DNA of 64,000 bases from NCBI GenBank assembly GCA_025351485.1, contig JANXVU010000164.1:438-64437 (forward strand), given 5' to 3'. Positions 28,731 to 38,088 of this stretch are shown here, piece by piece. The DNA comes from Candidatus Eiseniibacteriota bacterium. GTDB lineage: Bacteria > Eisenbacteria > RBG-16-71-46 > JACRLI01. Under the pieces are notes generated by a model. That model searched no databases and was not told the origin of the DNA. It saw only the letters and a program-made list of their open reading frames with translations. Position numbers and translations under genes: made by a program. How positions within the stretch are numbered: the first letter of the stretch is position 1; each line of letters begins with the position of its first letter.

Positions 28731-29408
28731 ATGGCACCCGCACCATCACCCTTCGAGGCAGAGCCGGAAAACCGGGGGATTCTCTCGGCGATCCGCCGCA
28801 TTTTCCTCCAGGGGCTGGTCATCACCATCCCGCTGGTCATCACCCTTTGGATCTTCAAGCTCTTCCTTGGAACGCTGGACGGCTACCTCGATCCGGTGTT
28901 CCGCCGCTACCTGGGGCGCCATATCTACGGCCTCGGGGTGATCTCGTCCATCATCACCGTTTTCCTGATCGGGCTGGTCACTCGCAATCTGGTGGGGCGC
29001 ATGATCCTCACCGGCGTGGAGAGCCTGCTGCTGACGATCCCGGTGGTGAAGAACGTCTACTACGCGGCCAAGGAGCTCATGGACGCCTTCTCGGGCGCCA
29101 ATCGCTCCCGGATCTTCCGGGAGGTGCTCCTGGTGGAGTACCCGCGGCTCGGCATGTACTCGGTGGGATTCGTCACCAACCGGGTGCAGTTCCTGGCCGG
29201 CCAGCGCGGGGACGAACAGCTCGTGAACGTGTACATTCCGCACCCGCCCAACCCGACCTCCGGGATGCTGGTGCTGCTCCCGATCGACCAGGTCCACGCC
29301 CTGGACATCACCGTCGAAGAAGGGCTGAAGCTTGTCCTTTCGGGAGGCATCGTGTCCCCGGGAACGCTCAAGGCCCGGGTTTCCGGGACGGCGCCGCCCC
29401 TCCCCTGA
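28731..29408 (+). CDS. DUF502 membrane protein
   Basis: 'FLQGL..TIP', 'IPVVKNVY', 'VEYPR.G.Y.VGFVT', 'PNPTSG', 'VLSGG'. Confidence 0.88.
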   Translation: MAPAPSPFEAEPENRGILSAIRRIFLQGLVITIPLVITLWIFKLFLGTLDGYLDPVFRRYLGRHIYGLGVISSIITVFLIGLVTRNLVGRMILTGVESLLLTIPVVKNVYYAAKELMDAFSGANRSRIFREVLLVEYPRLGMYSVGFVTNRVQFLAGQRGDEQLVNVYIPHPPNPTSGMLVLLPIDQVHALDITVEEGLKLVLSGGIVSPGTLKARVSGTAPPLP

Positions 29409-29529
29409 GAGCTTGATTTATTCATCGTGACCGTCTAAAATCAGGCCTCCCCCAGTCTCCCTCGGTCAAGCTGGGAAGTTGTTGTTTGGCCCCGCCCGGT
29501 TGGCCGAAAATGCTCCGGAGGAATCGAGC

Positions 29530-30453
29530 ATGAAGGTCTCGCTTCTGGTTCTTGCACTGCTTCTTGCCATCACGCCGGTTTCCGGGGCCGCCGTCACCAC
29601 CGTCCAGATCGTGGACGCCGGGGGCGGCACTTTTGCGTTTTCTCCCCAGGTGGTGTACGTGGCCCTCGGGGACACCGTGAAGTGGGTCAACACCACCGCG
29701 GCCATCCACACCACCACCAGCGGCATCGCTCCGACCGCGGACGGAACCTGGGACTCCGGGATCATCGGGCTCGGGGGGACGTTCCAGTTCCAGTTCACTT
29801 CGTCGGGCTCCTATCGTTACTTCTGCGGGGTGCACACCACCATGGCGGGCGTGGTGCGGGTGACGCGCGCGGTGGTGACCATCCAGGGATTCGCGTTTCA
29901 CCCGGCCAGCCTGACCATGGTTCAGGGCGACACCGTCATTTTCAAGATGCAGGACTCCTTTACCACTCACACCACCACCAGCGGGACCCCCTTCCCGGGC
30001 CCGGGCCCGGATGGGTTGTGGGATAGCGGCTTCCTGGGAACGGGGGGCCAGTTCGTGCTGACCACGGGCTCCATTCCCGTCGGCCAGCATCCCTTCTTCT
30101 GCCAGGTCCACAATTCGATGAAGGGGACCCTCACCTTGATCGCGCCGGTCACCGGGGTCGGCCGTGGGGCCATTCCTCCGATCCGGCTGCTGGCGGCCCG
30201 GCCCAACCCGGCGCGCCACCAGGTGGAGCTGGCATTCGAGCTTCCGGTCGCGCGGACTGTTCGGCTGGCGCTCGCTGACGCCTCCGGCCGTTCGGTCCGG
30301 ACGCTGCTGGAAGGGCCACAGGGCGCGGGACGCCATTCGGTCCGGTGGGACGGCCGCTCGGCTTCCGGCCGGTTGATGCCTGCGGGCGTGTACTTCTACC
30401 GGCTGGATGCGGGCGACTTCCACTCCACCCGGCGGTTCACCTGGGTGAGGTAG
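29530..30453 (+). CDS. Secreted tandem cupredoxin (plastocyanin/azurin-like) protein with FlgD-Ig C-terminal domain
   Basis: Two repeats, each with 'HTTTSG' and C-x2-H-x2-M (CGVHTTM, CQVHNSM); C-terminal 'PNP...WDG...GVYFYRL'. Confidence 0.85.
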   Translation: MKVSLLVLALLLAITPVSGAAVTTVQIVDAGGGTFAFSPQVVYVALGDTVKWVNTTAAIHTTTSGIAPTADGTWDSGIIGLGGTFQFQFTSSGSYRYFCGVHTTMAGVVRVTRAVVTIQGFAFHPASLTMVQGDTVIFKMQDSFTTHTTTSGTPFPGPGPDGLWDSGFLGTGGQFVLTTGSIPVGQHPFFCQVHNSMKGTLTLIAPVTGVGRGAIPPIRLLAARPNPARHQVELAFELPVARTVRLALADASGRSVRTLLEGPQGAGRHSVRWDGRSASGRLMPAGVYFYRLDAGDFHSTRRFTWVR

Positions 30454-30474
30454 AGCGCCCGCGGCACTGAAGTC

Positions 30475-30509
30475 GAAGGGCCCGTGCCTGTCGGCGCGGG
30501 CCCTTCTTC
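30475..30509 (+). terminator. Intrinsic terminator
   Basis: gaagggcccgtgcc-tgtc-ggcgcgggcccttc-ttc. Confidence 0.65.
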
Positions 30510-30536
30510 ATGCTAGGATGAAGGCATGGAGGGAAA

Positions 30537-31661
30537 ATGAGCGTCACGCGATCCAGGGGCCTCTCCTTGCTGGGAGCGGCCCTGGTACTATCGGTGCTCC
30601 ACCCGGCTCCACCCCGCGCCGGAACCATCCTGGCCGGCAATGGCTCGCCCGCGGGCCTGACCATCCAGTCCGCCCTGGACCGGGCGCATGCCGGGGACAC
30701 CGTGCTGGTGCTGCCCGGAACCTACAAAGGCCACCTGGCCATTTCCACAGGCGTAACCATGCGCAGCCGGGACGGCGCAGATTCCACGCGCCTGGTCGGC
30801 GACGGCCTGCGCGGGATCTTGCAGGCGGTGGGGTGCGACAGTTCGACCCGGGTGGAAGGCTTCACCTTCACCGAGGGCCGCGGCACCAAGCTGGCGCAGC
30901 TTCGGTTCGAGGGCGGGGGCGGCATCCTGGCCTTCCGTTCCGCGCTGCGCGTGCGCGACAACATCTTCTTCGCCAACCGGCTGGACGTGGGCAGCGGCGT
31001 GGGCGGAGGGATCGCGCTCTTTGACAGCCCCGCGCTCCTCGAGCGCAACGTGTTCGACTCCAATTCGGCCAACCAGGGCGGGGCCTTGTACGCCCGGGGC
31101 TGCAGCCTGCTGGTGGTGCGCGGGAACCACGCCGTGCACAACAACGCGGACGGGGACGGTGGGGCGTTCATGTTCGACCTGAACACCGTGGGCCTGGTGG
31201 AGTTCAACGTGCTGGAGCGCAACCAGGCATCCTGGGGCGGGGGAATGGAAATCGGCCCGGTCACCCGCATGGGAGTCGTGAACAACACCGTGGTCGCGAA
31301 CTTCTCCCGGCAGTGGGGCGGGGGGATCTTCATCGTGGACTGCCGCCCGCTGGTGATCCGCAACCTGGTGGCGGAAAACCGTTCCGAGTTCAAGGGCGGG
31401 GGAATCGCGGGCGGGCGTTCCGCGTTTCCGGACTTGAGATGCAACCTGGGCTGGCACAACACTCCCAGCAGTTTCTTCTTCGGCGAGGATTCGGTGGATG
31501 TCCCGGGCATCGCGAGCCAGGTGGAAGTGGATCCGGGCTTCTGCAACTACCTTACGGGCAACTTTCATCCAACGCCGGGCGGCCCCGCCGACACCGAACC
31601 TTGCGGCCTCATCGGCGCGCTCGAAGCGGATTGTCCGAAGCTTGAGAAGATCCTGCGCTGA
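30537..31661 (+). CDS. Secreted right-handed parallel beta-helix protein
   Basis: 'TIQSALD.A..GDTVLVLPGTY' and repeated N.A..GG motifs. Confidence 0.85.
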   Translation: MSVTRSRGLSLLGAALVLSVLHPAPPRAGTILAGNGSPAGLTIQSALDRAHAGDTVLVLPGTYKGHLAISTGVTMRSRDGADSTRLVGDGLRGILQAVGCDSSTRVEGFTFTEGRGTKLAQLRFEGGGGILAFRSALRVRDNIFFANRLDVGSGVGGGIALFDSPALLERNVFDSNSANQGGALYARGCSLLVVRGNHAVHNNADGDGGAFMFDLNTVGLVEFNVLERNQASWGGGMEIGPVTRMGVVNNTVVANFSRQWGGGIFIVDCRPLVIRNLVAENRSEFKGGGIAGGRSAFPDLRCNLGWHNTPSSFFFGEDSVDVPGIASQVEVDPGFCNYLTGNFHPTPGGPADTEPCGLIGALEADCPKLEKILR

Positions 31662-31791
31662 TACCGCGCGCCGATTGTGCGCACATCAAGTTGTGGAAAA
31701 CTTCCATGCCATTCCCTATGTGCGAAAGTTTTCTGGTCCGCATGCACGTTTTTCATTGAAGCCGTTTCGACTGCGGTGCAATACTGCTCTT

Positions 31792-31951
31792 CGCTGATTA
31801 CGAGTTTGGGAGTCGTTCTGGATTTTCATTGAGGGAGATTCAGGACGCGCCCTCGGTGGCGGGCCGCGGCAAGGATGCCGCACCGCCACCCTCGTCTTCG
31901 GTTCCGCCAAAAAAAAGGCCAGCCCGCGCAAGCGAGCTGGCCTTCGTGTTT
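31792..31951 (+). ncRNA. Candidate small RNA (GGA-rich, structured); unverified
   Basis: TTGAAG-N18-(TGc)AATACT promoter-like sequence upstream; five GGA motifs; a long hairpin; ends at a terminator; no convincing CDS. Confidence 0.3.
31909..31951. terminator. Bidirectional intrinsic terminator
   Basis: A8 tract, stem aaggccagc/gctggcctt, then cgtgttt; lies downstream of trxA. Confidence 0.75.
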
Positions 31952-31981
31952 GTCGCAACTCCGCGCGCGGCGGATCCGTAC

Positions 31982-32308
31982 TTAGCCGAGGTGCGGGGTC
32001 AGCCTGTTGACCAGGTCCTGCTTGCGCATGTTGCCGACCATCTGCTCCACCACCTTGCCGCCCTTGAACACCAGCAACGTCGGAATGCTGCGCACCATGA
32101 AGTGGGTGGCGGTGGCCGGATTGTCGTCCACGTTCACCTTGACCACCTTGAGGGTGCTGGCGTTTTCGCGCGCCACTTCGTCGACGGTCGGCCCAAGGGC
32201 GCGGCACGGACCGCACCACTCGGCCCAGAAATCCACCAGGACCGGGGTGGAGGACTGGAGAACTTCCTTTTCAAACGTGGCGTCCGTGACTTCCTGGGCG
32301 CTGGACAT
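31982..32308 (-). CDS. trxA: Thioredoxin
   Basis: 'VLVDFWAEWCGPC' and 'VRSIPTL'; AGGAG RBS before ATG 32308. Confidence 0.96.
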   Translation of the reverse strand: MSSAQEVTDATFEKEVLQSSTPVLVDFWAEWCGPCRALGPTVDEVARENASTLKVVKVNVDDNPATATHFMVRSIPTLLVFKGGKVVEQMVGNMRKQDLVNRLTPHLG

Positions 32309-32489
32309 GCTCAAATGCTCCTTTCGGGTGCCAAAACGGTGCATCGCGGCCGGGGGGCCGGACTCGTATCTGAATCATGAGATGCGGCGGACCCTGCATG
32401 CGATTCGCACTGGACGTTGCCATGTCACTCAATCCCCTGTCAATACGGGGGTTTACAGGGCCGGGCCACTGGCTTAGCCTCAGGAATCC

Positions 32490-33764
32490 ATGACCCCGAA
32501 AATCCGACGCCTTACAGTCCGCCGCGCGCGGCCGACCGACGTGCCCAACCTGGCGCGTATCTCCCATGACGCGTTCCCGGGGGCCGACCTCACCTTGGCC
32601 GAGCGGGAAGTCTTCATGAGCAAGTCAACCCTGCCCTGGAACACCCGGGCGGTGGTGGAGGTGGACGGCGTCCACGCCGGCCAGGCCACTGCCATCCCGT
32701 TCAGGATGTGGATGGCGGGCGCCGAGTTCCCGATGGGCGGCGTGGCCGGCGTGGCCGTGGCTCCCGAATCCCGCCGGGCGGGCGTGGCCCGCGCGCTCAT
32801 GACCGAAATGCTGCGGATGATGCGCGGCCGGGGCGACGTGGTGTCCCTGCTCTATCCCTTCCGGCACAGCTTTTACCGCTCCTACGGCTATGGCCTGATC
32901 GGCGAGCGCCAGCTGTTCGACGTGGCCCCGGCGGTGCTGCCCCGCTACGACGGGCCCGAAAGTGTCCGGGCCCTGAAGCGCGAGGAGTACGCCCTGGCCA
33001 TGGAGTGCTACGAACGGGTCATGAAGCGTTCCACCTGCTGGCTCGAGCGCAACGACCGCATGTGGGATGCGCTGTGGAAGCACGACGAAACCCGGGTGTT
33101 TGCGGTCATCCGTCCGGGCGAACCGGGCCGCATCGCCGGCTGCTTTCTGGCCGAGTACCGGGACCGCTACGGCCGTCCCGCGATGGACGTGATGGACTAC
33201 GCGATGGAGGACGAGGGCGCCATGCGCGCCATGCTCGACATGCTCCACTCGCAGCGCGACCAGGTCTCCCAGGTGCGCATCTTCGCGGCCCCCGACGAGT
33301 ACTTCGCGCAGCGCCTGGTGGAGCCCGAGCGTCCCGCGCGCGAGAACATCCTTCCGCCCATGTATTCCCTGGCGGGGACCCTGGGCTACGGCTACATGGG
33401 CCGGGTGCTGGACCTGGTGAAGTCGCTCAAGCTGCGTCCGTTCCATCCGGTCGAGCCGCTGGAGGCCCGCATCACCCTGCGCGATTCGTCGCTGCAGGGC
33501 GGCATCGCCCGCGCCACGCTGTCCCTGGGCCCGGGCGGTGGCCGCGCGCTCAAGACCGCCACCCCGTTGCGCTCGCGCTCGGGCGGCCCCGGCTCGATTT
33601 CCATCGATATCCCCGTGGATCTGTTCAGCCAGTGTTTTTTCGGCTACCTGCCGTGGACGGTGGCCGCCCGCGACGAACGCATGAAGGTGCGCGGAGAAGA
33701 ATCCCTCCCCGCCCTGGACCGGGCGTTCCGCGTGGCGCTTCCGTCCATGCGCGATTTCTTCTAA
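32490..33764 (+). CDS. Eis-family GNAT acetyltransferase
   Basis: 'GGVAGVAVAPESRRAGVARALM', 'SLLYPF..FY..YGY'; Eis-like length. Confidence 0.88.
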   Translation: MTPKIRRLTVRRARPTDVPNLARISHDAFPGADLTLAEREVFMSKSTLPWNTRAVVEVDGVHAGQATAIPFRMWMAGAEFPMGGVAGVAVAPESRRAGVARALMTEMLRMMRGRGDVVSLLYPFRHSFYRSYGYGLIGERQLFDVAPAVLPRYDGPESVRALKREEYALAMECYERVMKRSTCWLERNDRMWDALWKHDETRVFAVIRPGEPGRIAGCFLAEYRDRYGRPAMDVMDYAMEDEGAMRAMLDMLHSQRDQVSQVRIFAAPDEYFAQRLVEPERPARENILPPMYSLAGTLGYGYMGRVLDLVKSLKLRPFHPVEPLEARITLRDSSLQGGIARATLSLGPGGGRALKTATPLRSRSGGPGSISIDIPVDLFSQCFFGYLPWTVAARDERMKVRGEESLPALDRAFRVALPSMRDFF

Positions 33765-33780
33765 TCAGGAAGGGCCACGC

Positions 33781-34521
33781 ATGATCGAAGCCAAGGGCCT
33801 CACCAAGCAGTACGAGGACAAGAAGAAGGGGCCGTTCCGGGCCGCCGACAACATCAGCTTCACGGCCCGCAAAGGGCAGGTGTTCGGATTGCTGGGCCGC
33901 AACGGGGCCGGCAAGACCACCACGCTGCGGATGCTGTCCACCATCCTCATGCCCACCGAAGGCACAGCCGTCCTGAACGGGTTCGACATCCTGGAAAACG
34001 CGGCGGACGTGCGGCGCAGCATCGGCTTCCATACCAGCGACACCAAGCTGTACGACCGGCTCACCGGGCGCGAGGCGCTGGAGTTCTACGGGCGCCTCCA
34101 AGGCATGACCGAGGCCGACGTGCGCGCGCGGGTGCAGGAGCTGGCGGCCGAGTTCAAGCTGGTCGAGTTCATCGACAACCGCATCGCGAAGCTCTCGGGG
34201 GGCCAGAAGCAGCGCATCTCACTGGCGCGCGTGGTGGTGCACCGGCCGCCCATCCTGATCCTGGACGAGCCCACCGTGGGCCTGGACATCATGGCCGCGC
34301 GCGAGGTGATGCTGTTCGTCCAGCGCTCGCGCGCCTCGGGCCACTGCGTGGTGCTTTCGACCCACATCATGGCCGAGGTGGAAAAGCTGTGCGACGAGGT
34401 GGCGATCATCGAAAAGGGCCGGGTGATCGAGTCCGGCACCCTGGGCGCCATCAAGGAACGCCACAAGGAAAACGAGATCGAGGAAGTCTTCTTCAAGCTG
34501 GTCGGGGAGGGCGTGCAGTGA
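33781..34521 (+). CDS. ABC transporter ATP-binding protein, NatA-like
   Basis: Walker A GRNGAGKT, signature LSGGQ, Walker B ILILDE. Confidence 0.93.
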   Translation: MIEAKGLTKQYEDKKKGPFRAADNISFTARKGQVFGLLGRNGAGKTTTLRMLSTILMPTEGTAVLNGFDILENAADVRRSIGFHTSDTKLYDRLTGREALEFYGRLQGMTEADVRARVQELAAEFKLVEFIDNRIAKLSGGQKQRISLARVVVHRPPILILDEPTVGLDIMAAREVMLFVQRSRASGHCVVLSTHIMAEVEKLCDEVAIIEKGRVIESGTLGAIKERHKENEIEEVFFKLVGEGVQ

Positions 34522-35708
34522 AAAACGTGGGCGTGGTCTACGGCAAGGAAATGAAGGACGCGCTGCGCGATCCCCGCACGCTGCTCCTGATGATCATCTT
34601 CCCGCTCATCATCAACCCGGTGATGATTCTGTTCATCGGAAAGATGTCCAAGAGCGAGGAGCAGCAGATCAAGAGCACCCGCGTGGTGGTGGCGCTCCAG
34701 CGCGGGGCGGAGCTCTCGGACCTGCGCGCGGTGCTGTCTTCCGAGCCCAACCTGGAAGTGATTGAGTCCGCCAACCCCGAGGCCGACGTGAATTCCAAGC
34801 GCGCCACCGCGGGCATCCAGGTTCCCGCGGGCGCCTCGGAATTGCTGCGGCAGGGCAAGGCGGTCAAGCTCATCGTGGTCTTCGACGGCACGCGCGAGAT
34901 CAGCCGCCATGCGCGCGACCTGAGCGAGGAGGGGATTAAGAAGTTTGGCGAAAAGACTACGTCCAAGGCGCTCACCGACCGGGGCCAACCGGCGGACCTG
35001 GCCCGGCTGGTCACCGCCGAGCGCAAGGACGCGGCCTCCGCTTCGCGGCAGGCGGGCTATCTGCTGGGGGTGTTCCTGCCCTACATCCTGACCATCGGCG
35101 TGGCCAACGGCGTGACCTCCACGGCCATCGACGTGACCAGTGGCGAGAAGGACCGCAGCACCCTGGAGACCGTCCTGGTCAGCTCCGCGGGGAGGTCCGA
35201 CATCCTTGTCGGAAAACTCCTGGCGGTGGTCACCACCGGGTTCGTGGCGGTGCTCTCGAGCGCGCTCAGCATGGCGCTCATGTTCCTGGGCGGGGGCATG
35301 CTCTTCGGGGCCGAAGCCAAGGGCGTGAGCATGAGCGTTTCTCCGGGCGCCCTCACCGGCGTGGTGCTGCTCTCGATCCCCCTGGCGGTGCTCTTTTCGG
35401 CGGTCCTCATGGCCCTCGGGTGCTTCGCCAAGAGCGCCAAGGAGGGCCAGACCCAGGCGGTGTACGTGCAGATGGTGCTGATCTTCGCGGGCATCTCCAC
35501 GCTGGTGAAGCAGACCGAGCCCACCGCGCAGAGCTTCATGGTGCCGGTCCTGGGAACGGCGCTGGCGCAGCGCGAGCTGCTGATGGGCGAGTTCCACCCT
35601 CAACACCTGATCATGGCGGTGCTATGCTCCAGCGTGCTGGCCGTGGTCGCGATCTTCGTGGCCGTGCGGCTCTTCGGCAACGAACAGGTGATGTTCCGCT
35701 CCAAATAG
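34518..35708 (+). CDS. ABC-2 permease, NatB-like
   Basis: GTG overlaps the upstream TGA; 'KEMKDALRD.RTL', 'AID.TSGEKDR.TLE'. Confidence 0.9.
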   Translation: MKNVGVVYGKEMKDALRDPRTLLLMIIFPLIINPVMILFIGKMSKSEEQQIKSTRVVVALQRGAELSDLRAVLSSEPNLEVIESANPEADVNSKRATAGIQVPAGASELLRQGKAVKLIVVFDGTREISRHARDLSEEGIKKFGEKTTSKALTDRGQPADLARLVTAERKDAASASRQAGYLLGVFLPYILTIGVANGVTSTAIDVTSGEKDRSTLETVLVSSAGRSDILVGKLLAVVTTGFVAVLSSALSMALMFLGGGMLFGAEAKGVSMSVSPGALTGVVLLSIPLAVLFSAVLMALGCFAKSAKEGQTQAVYVQMVLIFAGISTLVKQTEPTAQSFMVPVLGTALAQRELLMGEFHPQHLIMAVLCSSVLAVVAIFVAVRLFGNEQVMFRSK

Positions 35709-35718
35709 CGAGGACTTG

Positions 35719-36933
35719 ATGCGCAACGATCTCGAACGGCTCATGGAACAGCGGGGCCTGGACGGCATGGCCGTGCTGGGCTCCTCCCTGCGGTCCGCCG
35801 CCCTCCGCTACCTGGTGAACGGCGCGGACCTGGGGGACTCGTGGTTCCTGGCCGGCCGGGGGCGCAAGCGCCACCTGGTCCACAATCCCATGGAGCGGGA
35901 TTCCGCCGCCGGGGCAGGCGTGGAGATGTCCACCCCGGCGGACAACGACTTTCCGGCGCTGGCGGACCGCTCCGACTCCATCCAGCACGCTTGGGGCCGC
36001 ATGCTCGGGGAGCGCCTGAAAAAGATGGGTATCTCGGGGAGCCTCGCGCTTTACGGAGTGGCCGACGTGGGGCTGGCCCTGGAAGTCCGGCGCACCCTGG
36101 AAGACGAGTACGGGCACAAGGTGGTGGGAGACATGCGGCTTCCGCTCACCGACGAGCTTCGCTACACCAAGGACATGCACGAGATCGAAATACTGAAAGG
36201 CCTCTCGAAGATCACCTGCGAGGTGATGGGCCGGCTGCGCGACCACCTGGCCTCGCTCAAGCCCTCGGGAGGCAAGCTGGCCGGTCCGGACGGCTCCGCG
36301 GCCCGGATCGGCGACCTGCGGCGCATCGTCCGCATGGGCTTCGCCGAGCACGGGCTGATCCAGCCGCATGGATCGATCATCGCCCAGGGCCGCGACGCGG
36401 GCGTGCCGCACAACCACGGCAACGATGCCGAGGAAATCCGCCCCGGCGCGCCCATCGTGGTGGACATCTTTCCCCAGGACACGGCCAGCGGCTACTACTA
36501 CGACATGACCCGCACCTTCTGCGTGGGCCCGGCGCCCCAGGATCTGCGAGAACTCTTCGTCACGGTGCACGACGCGCACCTGGCGGCTCTCGACACCTTC
36601 ACCCTCGGATCGCTGGCGCGCGACTACCAGCACGCCGTGTGCGACTTTTTCGAATCCCGCGGGCACGCCACCCTTCGCAAGGACGACCGGGCGGAGGAGG
36701 GCTACGTGCACTCCCTGGGCCACGGGCTGGGCTTGGACCTGCACGAGCGGCCCCGGTTCAGCGCCTCGCCCATGAACACCGACGCGCTCCTGCCCGGCAC
36801 GGTCTTCACCGTGGAGCCGGGGCTTTACTACCCGTCGCGGGGCCTCGGGGTGCGCCTGGAAGATGTGGTGGTCGCGCACGGCGACGGCACCTTCGAGAAC
36901 CTCACGGACTTCCCGCTGACCCTCGAAGTCTGA
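35719..36933 (+). CDS. M24 Xaa-Pro aminopeptidase family protein
   Basis: 'DMTRT', 'HSLGHGLGLDLHE', 'TVEPGLY', 'GVRLED'. Confidence 0.92.
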   Translation: MRNDLERLMEQRGLDGMAVLGSSLRSAALRYLVNGADLGDSWFLAGRGRKRHLVHNPMERDSAAGAGVEMSTPADNDFPALADRSDSIQHAWGRMLGERLKKMGISGSLALYGVADVGLALEVRRTLEDEYGHKVVGDMRLPLTDELRYTKDMHEIEILKGLSKITCEVMGRLRDHLASLKPSGGKLAGPDGSAARIGDLRRIVRMGFAEHGLIQPHGSIIAQGRDAGVPHNHGNDAEEIRPGAPIVVDIFPQDTASGYYYDMTRTFCVGPAPQDLRELFVTVHDAHLAALDTFTLGSLARDYQHAVCDFFESRGHATLRKDDRAEEGYVHSLGHGLGLDLHERPRFSASPMNTDALLPGTVFTVEPGLYYPSRGLGVRLEDVVVAHGDGTFENLTDFPLTLEV

Positions 36934-36944
36934 TCGCGAGCCTC

Positions 36945-38087
36945 ATGACACGAACTTTCCACGACACCCGGTCGGCCAAGCGGCGCGAGCGCGCCGTGCT
37001 GGTGGGCTTCGAGACCAAGCGCCTGGTGGACCCGGGGGCCTCGCTCCGCGAACTGGCCCTGCTGGCCGACACCGCCGGCGCCGACGTGCGGGCCACCATG
37101 CGCCAGACGCGCGGACGGCCCAGCGCCTCCACCTTCCTCAGCAAGGGCAAGGTCGAGGAGGCCACCGCGCTGCTCCAGAAGGTGGAAGGTGACCTGCTGA
37201 TCTTCGACGACGACCTGAGCCCGGCCCAGGTGCGTAATCTTGAAAAAGCCACCGACGCCAAGGTGGTGGACCGCAGCGAGCTGATCCTGGCGATCTTTGC
37301 CCGGCGCGCCCGAACCCGCGAGAGCCGGGTGCAGGTGGAGCTCGCGCAACTCGAATACTCCCTGCCGCGTCTCATCGGCATGTGGAAGCACCTGGAGCGG
37401 CTGGGCGGCGGCATCGGCACCCGCGGTCCCGGAGAAACCCAGCTGGAAAGCGACCGCCGCGCGGTGCGCTCGCGCATCACCGCCCTGAAGCGGCAACTGG
37501 TCAAGGTGGAGGAAGAGCGCAACGTGCAGCGCAAGAAGCGCGAAGGCACCTACCGGGTGGCCATCGTGGGCTACACCAACGCCGGCAAGTCCACCCTGAT
37601 GAACGCGCTCACCGCCTCGGACGTGTTTACCGAGAACCGCCTGTTCGCCACGGTGGACTCCACCACCCGGCGCCTCAAGGTGGACCACCTGGAACATCCC
37701 ATCCTGGTCACCGACACCGTGGGGTTCATCCGCAAGCTGCCCCACCACCTGGTGGCCTCGTTCCGCTCCACGCTGACCGAAGTGGTGGAAGCCAACCTGC
37801 TCTACCACGTGGCGGACGGCACCGATCCGGCGCTCCCGGAGCAACTGTCGGCGGTGGAGTCGGTGCTCTCGGAGCTGGGCGCCGAGCACAGCCCCCGCAT
37901 CCTGCTGCTGAACAAGGTGGACGCGCTCACGGACGAGCAGGCCGGGGAACTCCAGGGGCGCTACCCCGAGGCGATCCTGATCTCGGCGCGCACCGGCCTG
38001 GGCCTGAAGAAGGTCAAGCAGCGGACCCTGGAGTCCCGGGAAGAGCGCACCGGACGGGCGCCCGCGACCACTGCTTCCGGGAATTAG
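36945..38087 (+). CDS. hflX: Ribosome-associated GTPase HflX
   Basis: 'GIGTRGPGETQLE', 'GYTNAGKS', 'LFAT', 'DTVGFI', 'NKVD'. Confidence 0.96.
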   Translation: MTRTFHDTRSAKRRERAVLVGFETKRLVDPGASLRELALLADTAGADVRATMRQTRGRPSASTFLSKGKVEEATALLQKVEGDLLIFDDDLSPAQVRNLEKATDAKVVDRSELILAIFARRARTRESRVQVELAQLEYSLPRLIGMWKHLERLGGGIGTRGPGETQLESDRRAVRSRITALKRQLVKVEEERNVQRKKREGTYRVAIVGYTNAGKSTLMNALTASDVFTENRLFATVDSTTRRLKVDHLEHPILVTDTVGFIRKLPHHLVASFRSTLTEVVEANLLYHVADGTDPALPEQLSAVESVLSELGAEHSPRILLLNKVDALTDEQAGELQGRYPEAILISARTGLGLKKVKQRTLESREERTGRAPATTASGN

Positions 38088-38088
38088 C

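Noticed and set aside
31692-31700. DnaA-box-like TGTGGAAAA suggesting oriC
   Set aside because: Single imperfect copy, no box cluster and no replication genes nearby.
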